From positions 64,001 through 128,000 of the forward strand of contig JBFJCP010000004.1 of assembly GCA_041615815.1 (NCBI GenBank): a stretch of DNA of 64,000 nt, read 5' to 3'. The stretch's first letter is position 1; each line of letters begins with the position of its first letter. Source of the stretch: Gemmatimonadales bacterium. GTDB taxonomy: Bacteria; Gemmatimonadota; Gemmatimonadetes; Gemmatimonadales; GWC2-71-9. The notes beneath the pieces were generated by a model. The model made no database searches and was not told the DNA's origin. It saw only the letters and a program-made list of their open reading frames with translations. Below are positions 28,471 through 38,200 of this stretch, piece after piece. Both the position numbers and the translations under genes were made by a program.

Positions 28471-29828
28471 GCCGGCGTCCGCTGCAAGTGTTGTCCGAAC
28501 CGCTCATGCGCCAACTGACCCTCATCGAACACACAACGGCCGCGCAGGAAAGTCTGGTGGACCACTCCCGCCAATGTCCGTCCCTCGTATGGGGTCAACG
28601 GATGCCGATGGTGCAGAGCGGCGCCCCGCACCACGAATTGCTCGTCGGGATCCCACAAGACGAGATCCCCGTCCATGCCGGGCGCGATCTCTCCTTTGCG
28701 GTGGGACAAGCCCGCGAGACGCGCCGGTGCGCGGCAGAGCCAATGCACGAGGTCGCTGAGACCGTGATGATGACCTCGTGCCCCCGTCCACGTGGCCGGT
28801 AGCAGCAGTTGCAGCGATGCAATGCCTCCCCAAGCTCGCATGAAATCGCCCGTCGAGAGACACTTGAGCGCCGGTGGGGACGGTGAGTGGTCCGACGCGA
28901 CGAGGTCGATCGTGCCGTCCGCCAACCCCCCCCACAGCCGTTCGCGGTTCTCGCGCTCGCGAATCGGTGGCGCACACTTGTAGGGCGTAGCACCGTCTGG
29001 GATATCCTCGGCGGCGAACGTGAGATAGTGCGGACAAGTCTCGACGGTGAGCGGCACCCCCTCGCTCCGAGCGGCGCTGAGCATGGGCAACGCGTCGGCA
29101 GAGGACAGGTGGACGACGTGCATGGGGCTTCCAAACTCGCGGCAAAGGCGTATGACCAGATCAATCGCTTCATGCTCGGCGGCTCGAGGGCGCGAAGCAA
29201 GATAGTCTTCGTACCGGCGCACCGTGGCGTTGGCAGCGACTGATTCGGTGGCGGTCGCGATGGGGCCGGGCATTTCCGCATGGACCAAGAGCGGCTGTCT
29301 CCGCTGGGCCAGGTGCGGCAACGCGTGCCGGAGCAGAGGCTCCGACACCTGGGGGAAGTCGTCGATCCCGGAGGGAACGAGAAAGCACTTGCATCCCAAG
29401 ACCCCGGCCTCGAGCAGTCCGTCCAGCGCTCCCCGATTGTCGGGGACCACGCCGCCCCAGAACCCGTAGTCCACAAGGCATTTTCCTCGGCTCTCGTCCA
29501 GTTTGGCCTGAACGGCGGCCGGTGTGGTGGTGACCGGCGACGAGTTGAGGGGCATGTCGACCAGGGTGGTGATCCCACCGGCTGCGGCCGCCGCGGTCGC
29601 GGTGGCGAATCCCTCCCAATCGGTTCGGCCCGGCTCGTTCACGTGCACGTGAACATCCATGACGCCCGGCATCACCACGAGATTGCCGGCATCGACCGTC
29701 CGAACGGCCTTGACGTCCGTGCCGCGAGGGGCGACGCGCTCGATCACGCCATCCACGACGACCACCGTGGCTGCACGGGGGCCGTCCCGCGTGATCACCC
29801 GGTTGCTGGAGAGGGCGAGATCGACCAT
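28467..29828 (-). CDS. allB: allantoinase
   Basis: Motifs HVHVNEPG, WEGFATAT, DMPLNS, HAE, HLS, ETCPHYL, KCAPPIR, SDHSP and AWGGI. Confidence 0.95.
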   Translation of the reverse strand: MVDLALSSNRVITRDGPRAATVVVVDGVIERVAPRGTDVKAVRTVDAGNLVVMPGVMDVHVHVNEPGRTDWEGFATATAAAAAGGITTLVDMPLNSSPVTTTPAAVQAKLDESRGKCLVDYGFWGGVVPDNRGALDGLLEAGVLGCKCFLVPSGIDDFPQVSEPLLRHALPHLAQRRQPLLVHAEMPGPIATATESVAANATVRRYEDYLASRPRAAEHEAIDLVIRLCREFGSPMHVVHLSSADALPMLSAARSEGVPLTVETCPHYLTFAAEDIPDGATPYKCAPPIRERENRERLWGGLADGTIDLVASDHSPSPPALKCLSTGDFMRAWGGIASLQLLLPATWTGARGHHHGLSDLVHWLCRAPARLAGLSHRKGEIAPGMDGDLVLWDPDEQFVVRGAALHHRHPLTPYEGRTLAGVVHQTFLRGRCVFDEGQLAHERFGQHLQRTPA

Positions 29829-30003
29829 TCGCGATAGGATAGACGCCGCCAGACCCCACGGCCAGAGGTCAGGCGCGCGTCTGGGGCCGGACGAGAGCCC
29901 GGCGCGGCCGAGCGACCACGGTGATTTGACCAGACCGGGCCGTAGCACGAAACTCCAGCCAGCGTACCTCGTAGAGTCCGGAGAACCTCGACCCCCCAAT
30001 CTC

Positions 30004-31233
30004 GTGCCAGATCCAGCGCCCGATCTCTCTCGCTTGCGCATTGACCGCGACTCGCCGTCGCCGGCTTCGAAGCGTGCGCTTCGGCGAAGCCTCGTGCTGG
30101 CTGGCCTAGCGCTAGCACTCGTGGCCGCGACGCTCCTGTGGTTCCGCTCTGGTGAAGCGCCTGAGGTCGAGGTGGCCCTGGCGGAGGTGAGTGGGGGTGC
30201 CGCCGGTGGGACCACGGGAATCACGGCGAACGGATATGTGGTGGCCCGCACCAAAGCCTCGGTCTCATCCAAGGTCTCTGGGCGTCTGGCCTATCTCGGG
30301 GTGACCGAAGGTTCCGTGGTCAAACGCGGCGAGGTGATCGCGCGTCTCGAGAACGATGATTACCAGGCCAGCCTGGCTCAATCTGAGGCGGACCTGGCGC
30401 GGGCACGTGCGGCACTGCGGGAAGCGGAGGCGCAACGGGATCAGTTACGGCGCGACCTTGCGCGGGAGCGCGAGCTCCTCGAGCAGAATCTGACGTCGGC
30501 GCGGGAGGTGGAGGATCTGGCGGCGCGCCTCACCGGGGGGGAGGCGCGCGTGGGTGTGCAGGCGGCACAAGTCCAGGCCGCCGAGGCCGGTGTCGGCGTT
30601 GCCCGTGCGAATCTCGAGAACACCTACATTCGAGCGCCGTTCAATGGCACGGTGCTCCGCAAGGACGCCGAGGTGGGTGAGGTCGTGGCGCCGGTGGCCA
30701 CAGGAGGCGGGCTCACCCGCGGGGCGGTGGTGACCATGGCGGACATGGAGACCCTCGAGGTCGAGGTCGACGTCAACGAGGCCTATATCGCGCAAATCGC
30801 GGGGGGTCAGCCGGCGCGCATCTATCTGGACGCCTATCCGAACGAAGCCTATCAGGGGGCGGTGCGTCAGGTGGTCCCCACGGCCGATCGGCAGCGGGCC
30901 ACGGTGTTAGTGAAGGTGAACATCTTGGATCGTGACAGCCGGATCCTGCCCGAGATGGCGGCCCGAGTGGACTTTCTCAACGAGCCCGCCACGGGTGACG
31001 CGCCGGAGCCCGCCCGGATTTTCGTACCTGCGACGGCAGTACGGAGTGACGGCGGCGAGACGGTGGTCTGGCTGGTGCGGGATGGGAGGCTCGAACGGCG
31101 GATCGTGGATGCGGGTCCGGTGTCGGCGGGTCGACGGGAGATTCGATCCGGCTTGTCTGGGGGAGAGCAAGTGATCGTGGCCGGTCCCGCCGATCTCGCA
31201 GAGGGCGGTAGTGTGCGGCCGCGACGGCCGTAA
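30004..31233 (+). CDS. efflux periplasmic adaptor (MFP, MacA/YknX-like)
   Basis: N-terminal [10 protein letters not shown], a coiled coil, IRAPFNGTV and LEVEVDVNE. Confidence 0.9.
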   Translation: MPDPAPDLSRLRIDRDSPSPASKRALRRSLVLAGLALALVAATLLWFRSGEAPEVEVALAEVSGGAAGGTTGITANGYVVARTKASVSSKVSGRLAYLGVTEGSVVKRGEVIARLENDDYQASLAQSEADLARARAALREAEAQRDQLRRDLARERELLEQNLTSAREVEDLAARLTGGEARVGVQAAQVQAAEAGVGVARANLENTYIRAPFNGTVLRKDAEVGEVVAPVATGGGLTRGAVVTMADMETLEVEVDVNEAYIAQIAGGQPARIYLDAYPNEAYQGAVRQVVPTADRQRATVLVKVNILDRDSRILPEMAARVDFLNEPATGDAPEPARIFVPATAVRSDGGETVVWLVRDGRLERRIVDAGPVSAGRREIRSGLSGGEQVIVAGPADLAEGGSVRPRRP

Positions 31234-31252
31234 CTCATCACGGGAGTCACGG

Positions 31253-31924
31253 ATGGCCTTGGTGGAGATTCGTCAACTCAGCAAGTCGTACTATCGGGAT
31301 ACCCAGGAGATCCCCGTCTTCGACGGCGTCGATCTCGACATCGAGGCCGGGGACTTCTTGGCGCTCATGGGTCCCTCGGGAAGTGGCAAGAGTACCCTGC
31401 TCAACCTGATTGCCGGATTGGACTTCCCGGACCGAGGGGAGATCAAGGTCGGCGAGGTGGTGATTACCGGCATGACGCGCCGGGCGCTCGCCGCGTGGAG
31501 GGCCCGCCACATCGGCTTCGTCTTTCAATTTTACAATCTTTTGCCGGTGCTCACGGCCTTTCAGAACGTGGAGCTCCCGCTCCTGCTCACCAATCTTTCC
31601 AAGCGGCAGCGCCGCGAGCATGTGATGACGGCGTTGGGCGTCGTGGGCCTCACAGACCGGGCCGAACACTTTCCTCGCCAGCTTTCGGGAGGACAGGAGC
31701 AACGGGTGGGCATCGCGCGAGCGGTGGTCAGCGACCCGACCATCATTCTCGCCGATGAGCCTACCGGTGATTTGGACGCTGCTTCCGCCGATGAGATTCT
31801 CACGCTCCTCGAGCGCCTGAACAAAGAGTTTGGCAAGACGGTGCTTATGGTGACCCACGACGCCCACGCGGCGGAGCGGGCCCATGCCGTGATGCATCTC
31901 GACAAGGGAGTGCTCCAGGCATGA
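31253..31924 (+). CDS. ABC transporter ATP-binding protein (LolD/MacB-like)
   Basis: Motifs [33 protein letters not shown] and VTHD. Confidence 0.95.
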   Translation: MALVEIRQLSKSYYRDTQEIPVFDGVDLDIEAGDFLALMGPSGSGKSTLLNLIAGLDFPDRGEIKVGEVVITGMTRRALAAWRARHIGFVFQFYNLLPVLTAFQNVELPLLLTNLSKRQRREHVMTALGVVGLTDRAEHFPRQLSGGQEQRVGIARAVVSDPTIILADEPTGDLDAASADEILTLLERLNKEFGKTVLMVTHDAHAAERAHAVMHLDKGVLQA

Positions 31925-33057
31925 AATACATGCGGCTCATTTGGGCCAATCTGCTGCGACGCAAGACCCGCACGGTGTTGACGGTGTTGAGTGTGGCCGT
32001 GGCACTCTTTCTGTTCGCGGCGCTCCGGTCAGTCCTCACTGCGTTTGCCGCTGCGGGGGAGGTGGGGTCGGAGGCTCGCCTCGTAACGCGGAGCGCCATC
32101 GGCATCACCTTTCCGCTTCCCCAGGCCTACGCGCAGCGGATCTCCGCCCTCGACGGTGTCCGCGAGGTGTCCTGGGCCAACTGGTTCGGTGGCGTCTACG
32201 TCGATCCGCAGAACTTCTTTGCACAGTTTGCGGTGAATGACACGTATTTCCCCATGTATCCGGAGGTCCGTATCCCTTCCGAACAGCTTCAGGCGTTCAA
32301 CGGGGAGCGAACGGCGGCCATCGTGGGGCAGGGTCTGATGGACCGGTTCGGGTGGCGGATGGGGCAGACGGTCACCCTACAGGGGACGATATTCCCCGGT
32401 GACTGGGACTTCACGATTCGGGGCGTGTACGTGCCGGACGATCCGAGCTTTGGCGACGAGAGCTTCTTCTTCCATTACGACTATCTCCTCGAGCGCACCA
32501 ACCGGCAGATCACCCCCGGGTGGTTCATCTTGCAGCTGGGAAACCCCGACGCCGCCGCGGCGGTGTCCGCAGAGGTCGATGCGCTGTTCGAGAACTCGAG
32601 CTCGCCCACTACCACTGAGACCGAGAAAGCGTTCAACGCCGGATTCGTGACCATGTGGGGGAATGTGTCGTTTCTGGTGCGCGCCATTGGAACCGCCGTC
32701 TTCTTTGCCATCCTGCTCTTGGCGGCCAACACCATGATGATGGCCGCCCGCGAGCGTATAGGCGAAGTGGCGGTCCTCAAGACGTTGGGGTTTTCCAACG
32801 GGCTTCTCTCGGGTCTCGTCATGACGGAAGCTGTCACGATCTCGCTGCTCGGCGGCGTGGTCGGCATCCTTGGTGCGCGGGCCGTTCTGAGCCGGTCCGA
32901 AATGATCTCGTCGATCATTCCGGGCTACGCCATCGAGTGGAGCACGGTGGCGTTGGGGCTGGGTGTTGCCGCGCTCCTGGGCTTGGCCAGCGGACTGGTG
33001 CCGGCGATCCAAGCCGGCCGGTTGTCCGTGGTCGACGCCTTCCGCCGGGTCGCGTAG
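31921..33057 (+). CDS. ABC transporter permease (FtsX/MacB family)
   Basis: TM, periplasmic domain, then 3 TMs, with [15 protein letters not shown]. Confidence 0.92.
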   Translation: MKYMRLIWANLLRRKTRTVLTVLSVAVALFLFAALRSVLTAFAAAGEVGSEARLVTRSAIGITFPLPQAYAQRISALDGVREVSWANWFGGVYVDPQNFFAQFAVNDTYFPMYPEVRIPSEQLQAFNGERTAAIVGQGLMDRFGWRMGQTVTLQGTIFPGDWDFTIRGVYVPDDPSFGDESFFFHYDYLLERTNRQITPGWFILQLGNPDAAAAVSAEVDALFENSSSPTTTETEKAFNAGFVTMWGNVSFLVRAIGTAVFFAILLLAANTMMMAARERIGEVAVLKTLGFSNGLLSGLVMTEAVTISLLGGVVGILGARAVLSRSEMISSIIPGYAIEWSTVALGLGVAALLGLASGLVPAIQAGRLSVVDAFRRVA

Positions 33058-33065
33058 GAGGGGCC

Positions 33066-34229
33066 GTGAAGATCCCGCTCGTCTACAACCTCAGAAGCCT
33101 GCGGCAGCGTCCGGTGTCGACGCTGACCACTGCCGTTGGCATGGCCCTCGTCGTCGCGGTCTTCGTCGCCATGATGGCTCTATCGAACGGATTCGAAGCC
33201 GCGCTCGTGAGCACGGGATCGCAGGACAACGTGATGGTCCTGCGCAAAGGGGCGAATGCCGAAATGAGCAGCGCCTTGAGCCGGGAGGCAGCGAATATCG
33301 TGGCGGCGTCCCCGTTTGTGGCCCGGGATCCCACGGGGCAGTCCCTGGTGAGTCCGGAGACGTTTGTCGTCATCAGTGCCCATCGTGTGACCGGGGAGCT
33401 CGCCAATGTCGTCGTACGCGGTGTTGGTCCCCGCGCGCGGGACGTGCGCCAAAGTGTTCGGGTCGTCGAAGGCCGATGGTTCAGTTCGGGCGCGTCCGAA
33501 ATCGTGGTTGGAGAGACGCTCTCGCGGCGCTTCGCCAATACCGGGATTGGAGACACCTTTCGGTTCGCCGGTCGGGACTGGACGGTGGTGGGTCGATTCA
33601 CCGCCGATGGGTCCGCATTCGAATCGGAGATCTGGGGCGAGAACGAGCAATTCATGCCGGTCTTCCGGGGCCAGGTGTTTCAGTCGATCACGTTCCGCCT
33701 CCAAGACTCCGGGGCGTTCGAGGGCGTCAAGGAGACGCTCGAAGACGATCCCCGGCTCTACGTCGACGCGTTTCGCGAGCAGCGATTCTGGGAGAACCAG
33801 GCTGGGCTCTTGGGTGGGATCCTCCGGTTCCTGGCCATCTTCATCTCGAGCGTGATGGCGATCGGGGCCGTCTTTGGTGCCGTGAACACGATGTATGCCG
33901 CGGTCGCCGCCCGATCACCGGAGATCGGGGTGCTGCTGACTCTGGGGTTCAGACCCAGGAACGTCCTGACCTCGTTTCTCGTGGAAGCCGTCCTCATCGC
34001 GCTGCTGGGCGGTGTCATTGGTTGCCTGCTCACGCTCCCCATCAACGGGCTCGTGACGAGCACGACGAACTGGAACTCCTTTAGCGAGTTAGCGTTTGCC
34101 TTCCGAGTGACCCCAGGACTGTTCGTCCAGGGTCTCATCTTCGCGGCGGTCATGGGCACGCTGGGCGGGATCCTTCCGGCCTGGCGGGCCGCCCGGCAGC
34201 CGGTGGCGACGGCACTCCGGGAGGCATGA
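33066..34229 (+). CDS. ABC transporter permease (FtsX/MacB family)
   Basis: GTG start with GGAGG RBS; NTMYAAVAARSPEIGVLLTLGF and PAWRAAR. Confidence 0.92.
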   Translation: MKIPLVYNLRSLRQRPVSTLTTAVGMALVVAVFVAMMALSNGFEAALVSTGSQDNVMVLRKGANAEMSSALSREAANIVAASPFVARDPTGQSLVSPETFVVISAHRVTGELANVVVRGVGPRARDVRQSVRVVEGRWFSSGASEIVVGETLSRRFANTGIGDTFRFAGRDWTVVGRFTADGSAFESEIWGENEQFMPVFRGQVFQSITFRLQDSGAFEGVKETLEDDPRLYVDAFREQRFWENQAGLLGGILRFLAIFISSVMAIGAVFGAVNTMYAAVAARSPEIGVLLTLGFRPRNVLTSFLVEAVLIALLGGVIGCLLTLPINGLVTSTTNWNSFSELAFAFRVTPGLFVQGLIFAAVMGTLGGILPAWRAARQPVATALREA

Positions 34230-34402
34230 AGGTCGTTTGTGATCCGCATCACACTTCTGCTGCGGCACATCTTGCTACTATTTGACAGCGGGAACGGTTA
34301 CGGTCCCGAGCCCTACAGCCGATCGTCTTCTTATAAGGAAGGGAATCGTGGTGGCGCGTTGCCCGGCGGATCGGGCGCGTCGTGCACGCGGCGAGCACAC
34401 CG

Positions 34403-34600
34403 ATGACGATTCAGCGACTCACGCATCCACGGCTCATGATTGCCCCGGCGGTCGGTCAGTCCATCAGGCTGATTGAGTCGACCGTTCGGCAAGCATTTGC
34501 GAGCGTCGGAGTGGTGATCTCCTTTGTCTCTCCCCTGATTTGGCTGGTGGGTTGGGTTGTGCTCATCGTGACCGCCGTCAAGACCGGCCGTTGGTTCTAG
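34403..34600 (+). CDS. small hypothetical membrane protein
   Basis: 65-aa ORF with a C-terminal hydrophobic segment, followed by a terminator. No family recognised. Confidence 0.4.
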   Translation: MTIQRLTHPRLMIAPAVGQSIRLIESTVRQAFASVGVVISFVSPLIWLVGWVVLIVTAVKTGRWF

Positions 34601-34619
34601 CGGCACGGACGGAAGGAAG

Positions 34620-34652
34620 AAAGCGCCCCGGGTCTCGGCCCGGGGCGCTTTT
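34620..34652. terminator. bidirectional intrinsic terminator
   Basis: AAAGCGCCCCGGG-TCTCGG-CCCGGGGCGCTTTT between convergent genes. Confidence 0.85.
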
Positions 34653-34679
34653 CGTTGGCACGCTTACGCCCTCCATGCG

Positions 34680-34952
34680 TCAATCTACGTCGCCCGCCCC
34701 CACATCGTGCTCCTGCAGTGCTTGGAGGAACTCTTGTGACTTCCGGCGGCGGCGTTCCGTCTCTGCCGCATCGACCTCCGCTGCGAGCCAGTCCGGCTCA
34801 CCACCGTCATCGATGGGAACCCGCAACACCATAGACTCGGCGATGCCCTTCTTGAAGCGCCGCAGCGGAATGGACGCCGCTCGGCCCTCCTCGTCGACGA
34901 CGATCGCTGTCTGCGCACTGATACGGTCAACGGCGTAGTAGCGTTCGGCCAT
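34680..34952 (-). CDS. small DUF3006-like protein
   Basis: YAVDRI...AIVVDE...GIAESMVL...VDAAETERRR pattern; RBS upstream. Confidence 0.65.
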   Translation of the reverse strand: MAERYYAVDRISAQTAIVVDEEGRAASIPLRRFKKGIAESMVLRVPIDDGGEPDWLAAEVDAAETERRRRKSQEFLQALQEHDVGAGDVD

Positions 34953-35240
34953 TCACCACCCTCGGATTGGCTGGATCCGGACCTGGTGCCCGCACGATCT
35001 TTGGCCCATAAGGTTGCCGAGTTCCGGGCTGAAAGGCAACGGGCCTGGAAGGGCAGACCGCGATGGGCAGAAGGCAGAAGGCGAGGGCAAACGCAGCGAG
35101 CGGCACGGACGTGCGGCGAATTCAGCAATCCGATGTGAGAACTGGTGATCCGAGTGGGGGGCACAGAGGTGGACGAGGGCAGAGGTAGGAGGATCAGGGC
35201 GAGCTCGCCGCCTCAGCCTTCCACCCTCTGCCCCCGATTG

Positions 35241-38200
35241 TTACGGTGCGCCGTGGCAGGTCTCTCCGAAGCTGGAGTCGAGCGGCGAGCTGCTGGCATT
35301 GGGAGCGCCGAGGAACTCCCAATCGTAGCTATTCTGGTGGAGCTGGAGCTTGAGGATGCCCCAGGTGTTGTCGATCCGCACCTGGCTGTTCGGCTGAATC
35401 TGTCCTGGGCTGATGGTGCGCAGCGGTGAGCCGCCCGTCCCGACGATGAACTGGCGGATGCCGAAAACCGGATCGGCAACGCCGCTCGGATTCTGTCGGG
35501 CGTAGCGCTCGTAGAAGTGGCCGTCCCCGTTCAACACCAGTTCCACACCCGCGCTGTAGAGGGCATCCCAGACCGCTTGGAGATTGGCGTCGCCCGGGGC
35601 GGTTTGCGGCCCCGAGCTGTACCTCGGCGAGTGCCAGTAAGCCAGGGTGCACAACTTCTGCGTTGTCGCGAGCTCGTTCTGGAGCCAGGTCAACTGAGCC
35701 GACCCCGCGCCGATGGCGATCTCGCTGTTGAGGACGATGACACGCCAGGCTCCGAGGTTGTAGGCGTAGTATCCCTGTCCGCGCGCCCCGGCAGGCAGGC
35801 CATCGCCATCCGGGTCCCAGTAGTCCCAGTAGGGGCTCGCCTGCGGATTCACGTCGTACTCGTGATTCCCGATCGTGGGCCGGGTCCGGTCGCGGTGCCG
35901 ACCCCACGTCGGATGGTACAGGGTGTTGAACTGTGCGGCCGTTCCCGACGGCACGTGATCTCCCAGCGTGAAGATCGTGGCAGCGGCCCCGATTTGGTCG
36001 AGCATGGCCGCCGTCTGAGAGGCCCCGGTGGTGTCCCCGGCCGCCCCAATGATGTCACCCGCACCGAGCATGACCTGCTCAAAGGCGAGGCACCGCACTT
36101 CCATGGCGTAACTCGTGGTCGTGTTGTAGGCCACGGTGGCCGTCTGGGGATTGCCGCCAAGGACATTGCAGTTGTCCTGCCGGCCCGAGATAGCAATGCT
36201 ATGTTGGCCCACCGCCAGATTCGTGAACGTCACCGTCTGATTGGTCCCGCTCGGTTGCGTGGTCGAGCCGTCCACGGTCACGCTATAACCGTCCGGATCC
36301 AGGTCCGTTCCGGTGGTGGTGATCACCACGTTCAGGGTCCCCTCGTATGGCACGCACGTGACGGTCCAGCTGTGCGATCCCGTGCCGTTGGCTGGGACGG
36401 TGGCGGTGGCCGGATTGGCGCCGCCCACCGTACAGTTGGCGCGGGCGCCGCTCAGCTGCACCGAGTGATTCCCGTCGTCCAGATCGACGAACGTGACGGT
36501 GCCGTTGATGCCGATGGCCTGACTCTGCGAGCCGTCCACGGTGACCGTGTAGCCATCCGGATCAAGGCTGTCGCCAAGAGTCGTTACGCTCACGTCGAGG
36601 TTCCCCAGGAGGGGCGCGCACGTAATGGAAAACGTCGTCGAGGCCGTACCGGCATACGGGACGCTCACCGTCCGCGGATTGGAGCCCGAGACCGTGCAGT
36701 TGTTGTCCAGTCCGGTGAGCTCCACGGTGTGGCTCGCCTCGTCGAGCCCGGTGAACAGCAACGTGTCCGCGAGACCGATGGCGCTCGGGGTACCGGCATC
36801 CACGGTCACCGCGTAGCCGTTGGGATCCAGGTCGGTTCCACTCGTCGTCGTGATGATCCGAAGGTCGCCGAGGCGCTCGACGCAGTTCACGGTGAAGGTA
36901 GTCGTTGCGGTGCCGCTGAACGGCACGGTGACGGTCACGGGGTTGGTGCTGGTGACCGTGCAGTTCCCCTCGAGTCCCGTGAGCTGCACGCTGTGAGCGC
37001 CCTCATCCAAGCCGGCAAAGCTGACGGTCCCATTGGCGAGGATCGCTTGTGGTGTGCCACCGTCGACAGCCACCGAGTAGCCGTCGGGGTCGATGTCGAC
37101 GCCGGTCGACACCGTCGTCACGTCGAGATTCCCCGTGCGGTTCACGCAGTTGACGTCGAAGCTCGTGGTCGCGGTGGCGTTGAACGGCACGTTCGCGGTG
37201 ACCGGGTTGGTGCTGGTCACGCTGCAGTTGCCCGCCAGCCCCGTCAGCTCGACGCTGTGGTTGCCTTCCGTGAGCCCCTGGAAGGTGGTGGTGGCATTGA
37301 TCGCGACACTCTGACTGACCGAGCCATCGACGGTCACCGTGTACCCATCGGGGTCGAGGTCGGTACCCGTGGTGCGAGTCGTCACTCCTAGATTGCCAAG
37401 GCGCTGCGTACACGTCAGATCGAACGTGGACGTCCCCGTTCCCTGGAATGGCACGTTCGCCTGTCGGGGGTTGATCCCTGAGAGGGTGCAGTTTCCGGCA
37501 ATGCCGGTGAGAGTGATCGTATGCAGCCCCTCGGCGAGCCCGGTGAACGTCACGGAACCGTTGGTTGCGATCGTTTGATTCTGCGCGCCGTCCACCGAGA
37601 CGGTGTATCCGTTGGGATCCAGATCCACGCCGGTGGTGTTCGTCGTCACCGTGAGATCACCGGTGCGGTCGGAGCAGGTCACACTGAAGCTCGTAGCGGC
37701 GGACCCGTTGAAGGGGACCGTCACCGTGTCTGGGTTCGCGCTCGTCACGGTGCAGTTGTTGATGACACCGGTCAGCTGGACGGCGTGATCTCCTTCGGTG
37801 AGGCCCGTGAAGGTGACGGTTGCGTTGATACCGATGGATCGACTCTGGGTCCCGTCGACGGTGATGGTGTAACCGTCCGGGTCCAGGTCGTCCCCCGTGG
37901 TGGCCGTCGTGACGTCGAGCGTTCCGGTTCGCGCGGCGCAGTTCACCGTGAACGTGGCGGTCCCTGTCGCAGCAAACGGAACCGAGGCCGTTTGCGGGTT
38001 GCTGCCGCTCACCGTGCAATTGCCGGCCAAGCCGGTGAGCTCGACCGAGTGGTTGCCTTCCGCAAGGCCGGTAAAGGTGACCGATCCATTGGTGGCCACG
38101 GTCTGCGTCAGCGTCCCGTCCACGGTCACCGAGTATCCGTCGGGATCCTGGTCGCTTCCGGTGGTTGTCACGGTGACGGACAGGTCGCCAAGGCGGTCCG

